Source: Candidatus Borrarchaeum weybense
Lineage (GTDB): Archaea > Asgardarchaeota > Sifarchaeia > Borrarchaeales > Borrarchaeaceae
Assembly (NCBI GenBank): GCA_019057385.1
Contig: JAHQJS010000006.1
Coordinates: forward strand, 645,038-709,037
Direction: 5' to 3'
Length of the DNA: 64,000 bases
Numbering within the stretch: the first letter of the stretch is position 1; each line of letters begins with the position of its first letter. The notes beneath the pieces were generated by a model. That model was given only the letters and a program-made list of their open reading frames with translations, had not been told where the DNA came from and did no database searches. Of the stretch, positions 47,671-58,008 are shown in pieces. A program made the translations under genes and the position numbers.

Positions 47671-48804
47671 TTAAATTGAAGTAAATGATGTAACGGTTTC
47701 TTTGTCTGTTCTTTTGATCAATTCGATTAGCAAATTAATCATACGTTCAATATCTACAATCGAAGTCATACTTACATGCGAATGAACATGTCTGGTCGGA
47801 ATGCCAAGTACAATTGATGGAACTCCTACACGGCTTAGGTGAATCGCTCCAGCATCCGTTCCTCCTCTAGGCATTGCAGACAATTGATATTTTATTTTAG
47901 CTTCTTCTGCGGTTTTGATCACAAATTCCTTGAGGGGCTGGTTAGGAATCATAGAACCATCGTGGGTAAGAATTGAGACGCCTTCTCCCATTTTCGACGG
48001 AGCTCGAAAGTTTTCTACCCCAGGCACATCACTGCTGATATCTATTTCAAGAACAAATGCAACATCAGGATCAACTAAATAAGCAGTAGTTCTAGCTCCA
48101 CGAAGACCAACTTCTTCTTGGGTTGTTGCTGCTCCCAAAACTGTGTTTGGATGCTCAATACCTTGCGCTTTTACCCTTTTTAGTGCAATCATAGCCGCAA
48201 AAATTCCGAGGCGGTCATCAAACGCTTTTCCAACCGCGAGTTTGCCGTTACGTATCAGAGAAAATGGGCTAATAGGTACAACAGGATCCCCTATTCTGAA
48301 GCCTTCTTCTTCTGCCTCTTCTTTGTTTGAGCAACCAACGTCTATGTACATTTTATCTCTTGTTATCACCTTTTTTCGTTCCTCACGAGGTAAGACGTGT
48401 GGGGGAATGCTTGTTATGATTCCTAGGCGATCTCCTTGCTGTGTTCTAACGGTTATTTTCTGAGCAAGAAGCACCTGATCAAACCATCCTCCAAGAGTGT
48501 TGAATGTCAAAAAGCCACTTAGATCTATTCCTGAAATAACAAATCCAATCTCATCGATATGACCTGGGATCATAATAACTGGTTTTTCAGCACTTCCCTT
48601 GATTTTAAACATTACTGAGCCTAACTTATCGGTTAGGATTTCGTCTGCAAATTCTTCCACATACTTTTTTACAATGCTTGCCGTTTCTCTTTCGAAACCT
48701 GGAGGTCCAAATGATTCTGTGAGGTCTTTAAGAATTTCTAATTCATTTTTTTCCATAAAACCCATCTCTTGATCAGAAGCTTTTAGAAAATACCAAATAT
48801 ACAA
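47671..48804 (-). CDS. M42 family aminopeptidase
   Basis: HIDEIG, KAFDDR, QEEVGLRGA, GGTDA, RHVHS. Confidence 0.93.
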   Translation of the reverse strand: MYIWYFLKASDQEMGFMEKNELEILKDLTESFGPPGFERETASIVKKYVEEFADEILTDKLGSVMFKIKGSAEKPVIMIPGHIDEIGFVISGIDLSGFLTFNTLGGWFDQVLLAQKITVRTQQGDRLGIITSIPPHVLPREERKKVITRDKMYIDVGCSNKEEAEEEGFRIGDPVVPISPFSLIRNGKLAVGKAFDDRLGIFAAMIALKRVKAQGIEHPNTVLGAATTQEEVGLRGARTTAYLVDPDVAFVLEIDISSDVPGVENFRAPSKMGEGVSILTHDGSMIPNQPLKEFVIKTAEEAKIKYQLSAMPRGGTDAGAIHLSRVGVPSIVLGIPTRHVHSHVSMTSIVDIERMINLLIELIKRTDKETVTSFTSI

Positions 48805-48901
48805 CTAATTATTCCTGAGAAATGAATGAAAATTTATAAGTTAATTTGTTGATAGCTCATAGAGATTTTAAGATAACTAGCTTCTTTTCATCAAAAAAGT
48901 A

Positions 48902-50791
48902 TTGTTTGGTGGTATTGTATTGAAGCAAATACTAGAAGATCAAATAGGTAGACAAACTCTTCTAATGGGAAATGTGGCTATTGTGCGTGGAGCAATTGAG
49001 GCTGGCGTTTCATTTGCATCTACATATCCGGGTACCCCCGCCTCAGAGATAGGAGATACTTTTGCTACTTTGGTTAGTCGTTTTAGATGGCCTGGTTATT
49101 TCGAGTACAGTACAAATGAGGCAGTAGCCCTCGAAGCCGCAGCAGGTGCATCTTTTGCTGGAGTTCGTGCAATTTGTTCTATGAAACATGTTGGTGCGAA
49201 TGTAGCAGCTGATCCACTATTTTCGTTAGCTTACACTGGTATTGATGGCGGCTTGGTAGTAGTTACTGCAGATGATCCCTCATGCTGGAGTTCTCAAAAT
49301 GAACAGGACAACAGGCACTATGCTGTTCATGCTGGATTGCCAATGCTTGAACCTTCGTCATCTCAGGACGCTCTTGAAATGACAAGAACTGCATTTGAAA
49401 TTTCTGAAAAAATAAGAGAGCCTGTCCTTTTAAGAACAACAACTCGCATCGCTCACACTTATGGCAATGTTGTTTTTGGTCCTATTCAAGACCGAAAAAC
49501 ACCTTATTTTGAACGTCGCATTTCGAGAGTTATGGTTCCTTCTAATGCACGCCCTGCCCATCTAAAATTACTGGAGAATTTAGAATTAGCGCAAAAACTC
49601 TCTGAGAACTCTGAGTTTAATCAATCTCTAATGAAAGACTCAGAATTGGGTGTTATTACTTCAGGGATTTCTTATTCTTATACTCTTGACGCATTAAGAT
49701 GGCTAGATATCAATGCATCTATTCTTAAACTTGGAATGCCCTATCCTTTCCCAAAAAAAATGATTTCAGAATTTATAGAGAACGTTGACAAGGTTCTTGT
49801 AGTGGAAGAGCTGGATCCTTGGTTGGAAACTCATGTCCGTGCAATTGCTCAAGTAAACTCGTTGAATACGCCAATCTTTGGAAAAGAACAGGAATTATTA
49901 CCTCAAGCATTTGAACTATCCACTAAACAAATCGCTTTAGCACTTGCCAAAATCTCAGGAAAAACGCTTCCTATAGACTATACTGCCGCAAATGAGAAAT
50001 TCGAGATAGCTAAAGAACTGCTTGTATCTCGTCCACCACAGTTGTGTGCAGGATGTCCTCATCGAGCGTCTTTCTATGCTATAAAGCAAGCAACCAAAGG
50101 TCAGGAGATTATTGTTGGCAACGATATTGGCTGTTATGCTCTAGGCATAGCCCCACCTTTCCATCTCGGGGATTGGCTGGTATGTATGGGTGCGTCAGTT
50201 GGTATAGCTTGTGGAACCGCACAGGTCATTAATGATCCAGTAATTGCAGTTATCGGAGATTCAACATTCTTTCATGCAGGGGTACCTGCGTTGATTAATG
50301 CAGTTAAAAATAACGCAAACTTAACTTTGATAGTTTTAGATAACCTAACGACAGCAATGACAGGTCATCAGCCAAGTCCGGGAAGTAAACTTGGAGATAT
50401 GCGTGAAACTGCAATTAAAATAGACGAACTTGTAAGAGGTTGCGGTGTAAAAAATATCTATAAAACAGATCCCTACAAACTTGAAGAAACGATCCAAATC
50501 TTCGAAGATGCGATAAAACAAGATGGTCCAACTGTAGTTATTGCACGACATGTTTGCGCATTGGTATTAGATAGAATAAAACGAAAAAAAGGCATTAAAA
50601 TTACCCCCTCAAGAGTTGATCCTGAGAAATGTGAAGGTTGTAGAACATGCATTGATGAGTTTAGTTGTGTAGCGTTTGTTTGGGATACTACCACCCCTCA
50701 GATGAAAATTGAAGAAGTTCTTTGTGATGGATGCGGTGTGTGTGTCAATGTTTGTCCCTGCGGTGCAATTTACAAGGAGGAGGCAAAATAA
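48902..50791 (+). CDS. iorA: Indolepyruvate:ferredoxin oxidoreductase alpha subunit
   Basis: YPGTPASE, KHVG, SSQNEQD, CAGCPH, DIGC, GDSTF, C-terminal ferredoxin. Confidence 0.95.
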   Translation: MFGGIVLKQILEDQIGRQTLLMGNVAIVRGAIEAGVSFASTYPGTPASEIGDTFATLVSRFRWPGYFEYSTNEAVALEAAAGASFAGVRAICSMKHVGANVAADPLFSLAYTGIDGGLVVVTADDPSCWSSQNEQDNRHYAVHAGLPMLEPSSSQDALEMTRTAFEISEKIREPVLLRTTTRIAHTYGNVVFGPIQDRKTPYFERRISRVMVPSNARPAHLKLLENLELAQKLSENSEFNQSLMKDSELGVITSGISYSYTLDALRWLDINASILKLGMPYPFPKKMISEFIENVDKVLVVEELDPWLETHVRAIAQVNSLNTPIFGKEQELLPQAFELSTKQIALALAKISGKTLPIDYTAANEKFEIAKELLVSRPPQLCAGCPHRASFYAIKQATKGQEIIVGNDIGCYALGIAPPFHLGDWLVCMGASVGIACGTAQVINDPVIAVIGDSTFFHAGVPALINAVKNNANLTLIVLDNLTTAMTGHQPSPGSKLGDMRETAIKIDELVRGCGVKNIYKTDPYKLEETIQIFEDAIKQDGPTVVIARHVCALVLDRIKRKKGIKITPSRVDPEKCEGCRTCIDEFSCVAFVWDTTTPQMKIEEVLCDGCGVCVNVCPCGAIYKEEAK

Positions 50792-51390
50792 TGACTGAGG
50801 AATTTAACGTTCTTATCGCTGGGGTAGGCGGAACAGGAGTTTTGACAATTGCACATATTTTAGGAAGTTCTGCATTGTCTGCCGGATTACGGGTAGTTCA
50901 AAGTGAACTGCATGGCATGTCACAACGAGGAGGGAGCGTTTCAACGCATTTACGAATGGGTACGCATGTTTATAGTCCTACATTTCCCGATAGTACAGGT
51001 GATCTTCTTGTTGGAATGGAGCCTATAGAAACACTAAGAAATATTCAAAGTGTCCGTAACACAGGTTGTATTATTTTTAACAATTACAAAATCCGTCCTC
51101 TTTCGCTGTCTATTCTAAAAACAGAGTACCCCTCCCTAGATTTGATAGTTCAACAAATGAAGCACTTCTGTCAAAATGTTTATTCTATTGATGCTACTGC
51201 AATTGCAAAAGAACTTGGTGCGTCTATAGTGGCAAATATTGTGCTATTAGGGGCTGCTATGGCTAAAGGATCAATTCCGATCAACTCGGAGACAGTTATC
51301 GAAGAGATCAAGAATACAGTACCAGAACGTTTTATAGATCTCAATATGCAAGCATTTCAGGCAGGCCTTAAAGCGGTAAATAAACTCTAG
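50791..51390 (+). CDS. iorB: Indolepyruvate:ferredoxin oxidoreductase beta subunit
   Basis: GVGGTG, ELHGMSQRGGSV; GGAGG SD favours ATG 50791. Confidence 0.93.
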   Translation: MTEEFNVLIAGVGGTGVLTIAHILGSSALSAGLRVVQSELHGMSQRGGSVSTHLRMGTHVYSPTFPDSTGDLLVGMEPIETLRNIQSVRNTGCIIFNNYKIRPLSLSILKTEYPSLDLIVQQMKHFCQNVYSIDATAIAKELGASIVANIVLLGAAMAKGSIPINSETVIEEIKNTVPERFIDLNMQAFQAGLKAVNKL

Positions 51391-51416
51391 AATATTGTCT
51401 GAAAAAGGATGATTCT

Positions 51417-53078
51417 TTGATGGAGAACTCTATAACTTCCATTCAGAAAATGTTAACAAAACTTCCAATCAAACTCTCCATTTATGATTTACTAGCACTC
51501 GTCATAACTTTATTTTCATTTGCATTACGCATTTTCTTTTTGCAATTCACTTTCGCTATTAATCCAGACGGTATTTACTATTGCTGGTCTGCACGACATT
51601 TACTAGAAGGAAAGGGTTATACTATCGGTTCTGGAGACATTCCTGCAATAAGAGCACCCATTTATCCCCTTTTTGTAGCCCTCTTTTTTCTAGTTTTTGG
51701 TGTTAATCATATTTCTGCAAAACTTGTGTCGATAGTTTTTGGAAGTCTTTCAGTATTTATTTTGTATGCGCTTGTGAAACTGAATTTTAAGAATGAAAGA
51801 ACCGGGTTATTTTCAGCGTTAATCTTTGCTATAAATCCTTTCTTCATCGCAGGCACAGATTTTTATTTGGGAGGCGTTTACAGAGAGGGTTTTTCTACTT
51901 TTATTTTCCTTCTTGCTATTCTTTTTACAATAAAGGCAAAAAACGAGAGAAAATACACAAATTTTCTTATAATGGGCTTCTTATCCGGAATATTCTATCT
52001 AGTAAGACCTGAAGGACTGTATCTATTAATATTCCAAGTTTTTTATTTTGGTCTTCTGTTTGTAGATCAAAGACAACTTGGTTTGATTAAGAAGATAGGT
52101 ATCACCATTTCTGTGACTATTTTTGTTATTCTACCATGGCTTATTCGTGATTATCTCACCTTTGGTGTTTTTAATCGAGAGAGTTATTATCATGGGGCAT
52201 TTTTCTTCCTTAGGGAATTCGGCACACAGATTCCTACAATGATGCTTAGTCCCCTTGACTATTTATTCTCTTATCATTCATTAACACAGATTGCTATTGG
52301 ATTATTTGTCGGGTTTTATAGGCTCTGGTTACAACTCTCTGCTGGTTTAACACCACTTGGCTTTTTTTTGTTTGCTTTTGGATTTATACTCACGATCAAG
52401 AGGAGATATCTATTTTTTCATCTTCTTTTAATTTTCTATCTGCTTTCTTACAGCTGGCCGTCTTACGTCTGGCCTTCTATCGTACCAAGATATCTTACTG
52501 TGCTCATACCTATTTGTTTGCTCTTTGCAGGACGGGGTCTCTCAGAACTTGAACAACTATTATCAAGAGTATATCAGAAAACTATAGTAGTATTTCAAAT
52601 CAGGCTGACAAGCAAACAATTTCAACAAATTATTATTTTGGGTGTTTTATTGATAATAACAGTCAATTCTCTTTTATTGGCTAAAGATATTATCATTGAT
52701 GAACAGTACAAACCCCAAATTGAAGCCTTTGAAAGAACTGGAGAATGGTTACAACAAAATACAGCATCAAACTCAGTAATCTACACAAATTTCCCTACTT
52801 TGATTGAGCGATATTCAGAACGAACTGCACTTGATCTTAAAAAAACAACTATTCAAGAAATTCTTAAGATGTCAAATGCAAACCCAGTTTATATTGTGGT
52901 TGATTCATCCTGTGTACAGTCTGACGAACTCATCGAAATGTATCTATATGCAACACAGCATTCTGTTGTGTGGTATGATTTGACTATTCCTGAAAATGTA
53001 GACTGCGTATTTACTTTAGGAAGCGGTAGTTGGCATCCCTACGATATTGCGGTCTATAAAAAAGTTACATTTAACTAA
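51417..53078 (+). CDS. GT-C membrane glycosyltransferase (ArnT/PMT-like)
   Basis: PDGIYY, RAPIYP, RPEG, PRY; many TM segments. Confidence 0.8.
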   Translation: MMENSITSIQKMLTKLPIKLSIYDLLALVITLFSFALRIFFLQFTFAINPDGIYYCWSARHLLEGKGYTIGSGDIPAIRAPIYPLFVALFFLVFGVNHISAKLVSIVFGSLSVFILYALVKLNFKNERTGLFSALIFAINPFFIAGTDFYLGGVYREGFSTFIFLLAILFTIKAKNERKYTNFLIMGFLSGIFYLVRPEGLYLLIFQVFYFGLLFVDQRQLGLIKKIGITISVTIFVILPWLIRDYLTFGVFNRESYYHGAFFFLREFGTQIPTMMLSPLDYLFSYHSLTQIAIGLFVGFYRLWLQLSAGLTPLGFFLFAFGFILTIKRRYLFFHLLLIFYLLSYSWPSYVWPSIVPRYLTVLIPICLLFAGRGLSELEQLLSRVYQKTIVVFQIRLTSKQFQQIIILGVLLIITVNSLLLAKDIIIDEQYKPQIEAFERTGEWLQQNTASNSVIYTNFPTLIERYSERTALDLKKTTIQEILKMSNANPVYIVVDSSCVQSDELIEMYLYATQHSVVWYDLTIPENVDCVFTLGSGSWHPYDIAVYKKVTFN

Positions 53079-53079
53079 T

Positions 53080-54090
53080 TCATTTTCTGAGCGAAATCAA
53101 ACCAAGAATAATTCCAATGATTCCTAAAACCAACCAAGCTGGGTAAATAAAGAGTAGACCAAATCCAATGACGATATTTTCCTGTATAGTGACTGCTGCA
53201 ATGCTCTGGATGAAATTGAATGTCCAATGGAAGAAGAGACTTCCTTTTATTCCAAATTTTAAATAACTAAATGCGAGAAACAATCCGCCTATAGTCGCTA
53301 TAGGTAAAAATCCGATATCCCACATTCCTATAACGTGGAGAATGCCGAAATAAGCAGCAGAAGCTATTACTAAGAAATATTCAAAACGATAAAATCCGTA
53401 ATATCTACCTGATCGTTCTCTCGCATGAGTGGGGTTAATTAAGGCTGCTAGAAATATCTTTAGATAAGAATCTGGAACACTATGTTTCCTGATGAAATAG
53501 CAGTAACCTATTCCTAACCAGGGGCCTATCAAGATCAGTCTAAACCAGAACTCTTCAATTACTGCAGCTAAAACCCCCTCAATGATAAAGACTAAATTAA
53601 TCGTTGTTGGTCCGCCTAAAGGAATTCCCCAAATCGTTACAATAAGTACTGCAACATAGATAAGAATATAGTTTACGCTGAGAAATAAGATCAGTGCAAG
53701 TAAACCGTTTTCTTCGAAAGGCTCTAAAGTTGTCTGTGTTATTAGCGCTTTTAACTTAGACAGGAAATTAACAGTTGGTCTGAAGAAGAGAAGAACAAAA
53801 GAGATCACGTAAATAATACAACATAAGATAAAAAGAATGCCAATTGAAATTTGACCAGCTTGAAACAGCCAGCCGATATCAAATACCAAGAAGCCGACGT
53901 AATAGAAGATGTAAAACAAGAAACCAGTGGGAACGACATTTACAATTGTTTGACCTTCTGACGTAAAGAATAGAAGCCCAAAACTATAAACAAAACCCAA
54001 TATAATTACTAAGAAAACAAAAAAGATAAGACTGCTGATGATAAACCATGAAAACTTTCTTAGTATTCCGGGCACTGTTTTCTCGTCCAT
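53080..54090 (-). CDS. CPBP family intramembrane metalloprotease
   Basis: EEFWFR, FGILH, HWTFN. Confidence 0.8.
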   Translation of the reverse strand: MDEKTVPGILRKFSWFIISSLIFFVFLVIILGFVYSFGLLFFTSEGQTIVNVVPTGFLFYIFYYVGFLVFDIGWLFQAGQISIGILFILCCIIYVISFVLLFFRPTVNFLSKLKALITQTTLEPFEENGLLALILFLSVNYILIYVAVLIVTIWGIPLGGPTTINLVFIIEGVLAAVIEEFWFRLILIGPWLGIGYCYFIRKHSVPDSYLKIFLAALINPTHARERSGRYYGFYRFEYFLVIASAAYFGILHVIGMWDIGFLPIATIGGLFLAFSYLKFGIKGSLFFHWTFNFIQSIAAVTIQENIVIGFGLLFIYPAWLVLGIIGIILGLISLRK

Positions 54091-54154
54091 TAGCGTTATT
54101 GCACAAAAAGACGGTACTTTACTTCACAGAAGTTGTTATATAATATATATATGT

Positions 54155-54880
54155 TTATTGTGACACTAGTGTTTCTACTTCTTCTTCCTCTTCTTCCTCA
54201 ATATCTCCGTCGTCTCCGTCTTCGTCTTCGTCCTCGCTGAACGACCAGGTCTCTAGATTAATTGACAATTCTATATCTTGCGACCGTGGACACTGAATAC
54301 GAATTGTAACGTGATTTCTGTCCTTTTCGGTTACTTCTGGATGTAAACAATCTTCTTCTAATTTTTCGCAAAGAAATCTGATAAAACTCTCTGTAATCAA
54401 GTTTAGTGCGCCTTCAAGTAAATTTTGCCCTATTTCGCCAACATAATATCGTATACGGCGCCCTTCTCTCATTACATCAATAAGTCCGGCCTTCCTTAAT
54501 TTTGAAGCGTGCCAGCGAACTGTATCGTGATGGATACCAAGACTTTCAGCAATCTCTAGTTGATGGCAACCTTCGTTGTTTGTAATATATTCAAAAATGT
54601 TTCTTGCCGTTCCACTTTTCAAGGCAACATAGGCAGTTTCAGCTTGTGCACTTCTTAGGACTTTAGGATAATAAATACGTTTTCCTCCAAACTTCATAGT
54701 CTGGATTAAACCAGCCCTCCCCAACATCTTCAAGTGCCACGAAAGTGTCCCATGGGGCGCAGATAATTCGCTAGCTAACTCAAAAAAATATGCTCCAGGG
54801 GATTCGCAAATTAGCTTATAAATGTTCCTTCTTAACGGATGCATAAGGAGACTCATTCGTTTTTCTTTAGCTGGGGACAC
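54155..54880 (-). CDS. Double winged-helix (ArsR-like) regulator with acidic tail
   Basis: HPLRRNIY...WHL..L and a second HTH ending VRWH..KL...GLI. Confidence 0.85.
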   Translation of the reverse strand: MSPAKEKRMSLLMHPLRRNIYKLICESPGAYFFELASELSAPHGTLSWHLKMLGRAGLIQTMKFGGKRIYYPKVLRSAQAETAYVALKSGTARNIFEYITNNEGCHQLEIAESLGIHHDTVRWHASKLRKAGLIDVMREGRRIRYYVGEIGQNLLEGALNLITESFIRFLCEKLEEDCLHPEVTEKDRNHVTIRIQCPRSQDIELSINLETWSFSEDEDEDGDDGDIEEEEEEEVETLVSQ

Positions 54881-54904
54881 GTCTTTCCCTCTATGAGACT
54901 CCTC

Positions 54905-55324
54905 TCACCCCGCTTTTAACTCAACAATGTTGACGTTGTTGACGCCTTCTAGCTGGCTGATATCCGTCTGTAATTGCCCCATATCAACGGTAATCTCTGC
55001 CTTGTCGATATACCCCTCATACACACATTTATCTCTCGTAAAACACAAGCCTGTTGAATAAAGTGTCTTTATTTTGTTCCTTGCAAACACAGATCCCATG
55101 TCCTTCAAGAAATCAGGGGTAAGTTCGCCAATTTCTATGGCTATCTTCACAACTTCATTGCCTGTTGTTGGAATAATTCGAATAATGCGGGTTGAGGGAG
55201 CCAAAATCATTACGGCTGACTTCGAATCGCGAGTTTGAAGCGCCTCTAGGAACAATTTGGGAATTTCAATCGGTTGATCAGGCTCTAAGGTTACCATTTT
55301 CGCTATGGTGACTTCTTCGCTCAT
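54905..55324 (-). CDS. Hypothetical protein with ACT-like C-terminus
   Basis: ORF track; ends LEGVNNV as in ACT folds. Confidence 0.6.
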   Translation of the reverse strand: MSEEVTIAKMVTLEPDQPIEIPKLFLEALQTRDSKSAVMILAPSTRIIRIIPTTGNEVVKIAIEIGELTPDFLKDMGSVFARNKIKTLYSTGLCFTRDKCVYEGYIDKAEITVDMGQLQTDISQLEGVNNVNIVELKAG

Positions 55325-55701
55325 CTTACGACCTCATTACGATTTATAATCTATAGATTAACTCCATGATTGATTCGGTTCATTAATATGAAAATGATAT
55401 TTCTCATATATAAACTCTCTTATTAGAGTTTTTTGATAGGTTATCAACTTCCTTTTAAATGATGTTAAATATAAGGAGTTTTTGTTATTTTTTAGCGAGA
55501 AATCTTCTTATTTGCCTTATATTTTGTTCTGCTAAATCCTTAAGGATTAAATAAACTGGATTTTTTCAAAAAACTCTTCTTTCAAGATATTTACAATTCT
55601 TTTTGAAGTTATGGTGAGCAGTAGTTGAATATGATGAATAACTATTAAATACGATGATTGAGTTGATAGCACAACGATATTCAAGGCGGTCTGAGGGGTA
55701 A

Positions 55702-55995
55702 ATGAATATAATAAAACAACGAGAAATTCTTTATTTCACGTCTCCTCATTGTTTATTTTGTCATGTTGTAGAACGCCTTCTTAAAGAGATAGTAGATGAA
55801 ACAAAATTGGAGTTAGAGATCCGCGAAATAGATGTAACAAAAGAACCCGATCTTGCTGAAGAACATCATATACTTGCATGCCCAACACTCATATTTCCTG
55901 GAATTACGAGAGTTGTGGGTAATGTCGAAAAAGAGGAACTATTTTCGGTTATTTTTCAGTTTTACACAACTTTTAATGACTCTGAATTTGGCTAA
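55702..55995 (+). CDS. Thioredoxin-fold protein
   Basis: FTSPHCLFC, IDV, CPTL. Confidence 0.8.
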   Translation: MNIIKQREILYFTSPHCLFCHVVERLLKEIVDETKLELEIREIDVTKEPDLAEEHHILACPTLIFPGITRVVGNVEKEELFSVIFQFYTTFNDSEFG

Positions 55996-56311
55996 TTTCA
56001 TTTTATCTAGTAAAAATCGACTAAAATATCATTTAAATCATAGTTATTCAGATATTTGACTAAGATTTATAACTATGAATGTTAAGATGTGGATTCCGTT
56101 ATAGAGAGCAACGAAAAACTTATTATATAAATGCTAGTTATTTTTTATCATCTGAGAACAAACCTTATTATCATATAAGTAGTTCGCAACAGTTATGCCA
56201 CATTTCTTTAATGAAATGGGGAGTCTTCTTGCACAAGAATTATAAACGTAACTAATTTTAGTGTATTCACAATCATCTAACGATTAAAACCGTTGGTACT
56301 CACTAATACTT

Positions 56312-57043
56312 ATGGCAAGAAAAATCTTTTTTGGCTCTAGGAGGAACAGTCGATTGAGTTTATTTGAGTCCAGACTTTCAAAACAGCAAGACGAACTAAT
56401 AAGAACCTTAACCAAGACAGGAAGAGTTAAGTTTCCAGGTAAGAGAATTTTTCAAGAATTTGCTGAATATGGTATCTCTAAAAGTAAGATCAGACGTACA
56501 ATCCAAGAGGGACAGATTTATCCAGTGAATTACGAACTATCTTACCCAACTGGCGTTAGAAAACGTAGGGGTTATATAGCTGAACGTGAATTTGGCGAAG
56601 ATTCAACACTATTAGTTAATTTTAAACTGCTTCCAAGTGGCGTTGTTGTGATTTTTAGCGCAGAATGGAAAGGGATGGTTGAAGAGATTCCAGAAGACGA
56701 GATGGTTGAAGCAGAGTTAGATTTAATGGAACCTTCAGATGAGTTAGATTTAGAAGCAGAATTAGATATGATTGGTGTAAAAGAAAAACCAAAGAAGAAA
56801 CCTAAAGAAGTACCAGCAAAAACAGAGTTAGACTTAACGGAAGAAGAATTAGAATTTGACCTCGAACTAGAACTTACTGACCTTCCAGGTGTTGGTCAAA
56901 AAACGGCGGATAAATTGAGTGAGGTTGGTTGTACATCTATAGAAGATTTAGTTAATGCAAACCTGGAGGAACTTTCACAGGAAACTGGCATCTCAGTTTC
57001 AAAATTGAAGAAGTATGTCGAAGAGGCCAAAAAGATTATGTAG
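56312..57043 (+). CDS. Helix-hairpin-helix protein with acidic linker
   Basis: LTDLPGVGQKTADKL; E/D-rich middle. Confidence 0.75.
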   Translation: MARKIFFGSRRNSRLSLFESRLSKQQDELIRTLTKTGRVKFPGKRIFQEFAEYGISKSKIRRTIQEGQIYPVNYELSYPTGVRKRRGYIAEREFGEDSTLLVNFKLLPSGVVVIFSAEWKGMVEEIPEDEMVEAELDLMEPSDELDLEAELDMIGVKEKPKKKPKEVPAKTELDLTEEELEFDLELELTDLPGVGQKTADKLSEVGCTSIEDLVNANLEELSQETGISVSKLKKYVEEAKKIM

Positions 57044-57045
57044 GT

Positions 57046-58008
57046 CTAGCTTTTAGGTTTCCCTGAATTCTTTTTCTCATTGATTTTTTTTGTAGAATCT
57101 AATGATTGATCAATTAAGAACGAATCAAGCTTTGTTTTCTGTAGTCCATATTCGATTTTAATTCCTTCTTTCATTTTAAATCGCTCAGAGTATTTTTTCG
57201 GAACACAACACCTCGCTAATCTTTTGTTTCTTCTGGCAGGGATATATTGAACATCATAAAATGCTTCGAAAATCTTCTCAAAATCTTCATTTGAATCCTT
57301 GTGTGCGATAGAATATGTTGGATTCTCTTTAGTTCCTTCACTGATTTTTGTTTGCAAAATTGCCATTTCTTCACCTTTAACAAAAGAGACTTTACCCTTG
57401 TTTCCTTTGTATGCAAATGGTTTCAGTTTACTTGGAGAAAAAAGCACCACAGTCTTTTCAGGGTAACGTTTACTCCAAAATCGAACGACTAAATCTTCTA
57501 CATTATGCTCAAATTTCGCCTTTGATACCAAAAATTCTCCTATTGTATCCAACCTTAGAAATCCGCACGCTTTGTGATATTCACAAGCCACTTGACGAGA
57601 GCGTTTGTACATTTCTCTACTTTCTGCTGTTACTTGACTTAAAATAATGCCTGCCCCTTCAATTAAACATTGTCTAATTACTTTAAGAATTAAAGCAAAT
57701 TTACTCAGTTCATTCTTTTTATAACGCAAATTCCAATCTATGAGTTTCTTAATCTCGCGTAACTCATAATTGCTTAAACGAAAGCATCCTTTCCTCTTTT
57801 CATAAATCTTTAAAATTTCCTCATTAAGAATGATGTGGCTTTCTTTATCAATCAAATATGGATTAAAATGGTCTTTATGAATCGCTTTTGCTCCAATTGA
57901 CTCACAAACTAGGGCTGTCGAAAGGAGAGATTCAAAAGTGGAGTCGAAAACTACTATAACGCCCTTATCTTTACACATAATTATCAATCCTTGTCTGCTT
58001 TTGTCCAT
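57046..58008 (-). CDS. DUF4130 / TIGR03915-like putative DNA metabolism protein
   Basis: EYHKACGFLR, EHN, IPARRN, PKKY; paired with the radical SAM gene. Confidence 0.8.
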   Translation of the reverse strand: MDKSRQGLIIMCKDKGVIVVFDSTFESLLSTALVCESIGAKAIHKDHFNPYLIDKESHIILNEEILKIYEKRKGCFRLSNYELREIKKLIDWNLRYKKNELSKFALILKVIRQCLIEGAGIILSQVTAESREMYKRSRQVACEYHKACGFLRLDTIGEFLVSKAKFEHNVEDLVVRFWSKRYPEKTVVLFSPSKLKPFAYKGNKGKVSFVKGEEMAILQTKISEGTKENPTYSIAHKDSNEDFEKIFEAFYDVQYIPARRNKRLARCCVPKKYSERFKMKEGIKIEYGLQKTKLDSFLIDQSLDSTKKINEKKNSGKPKS

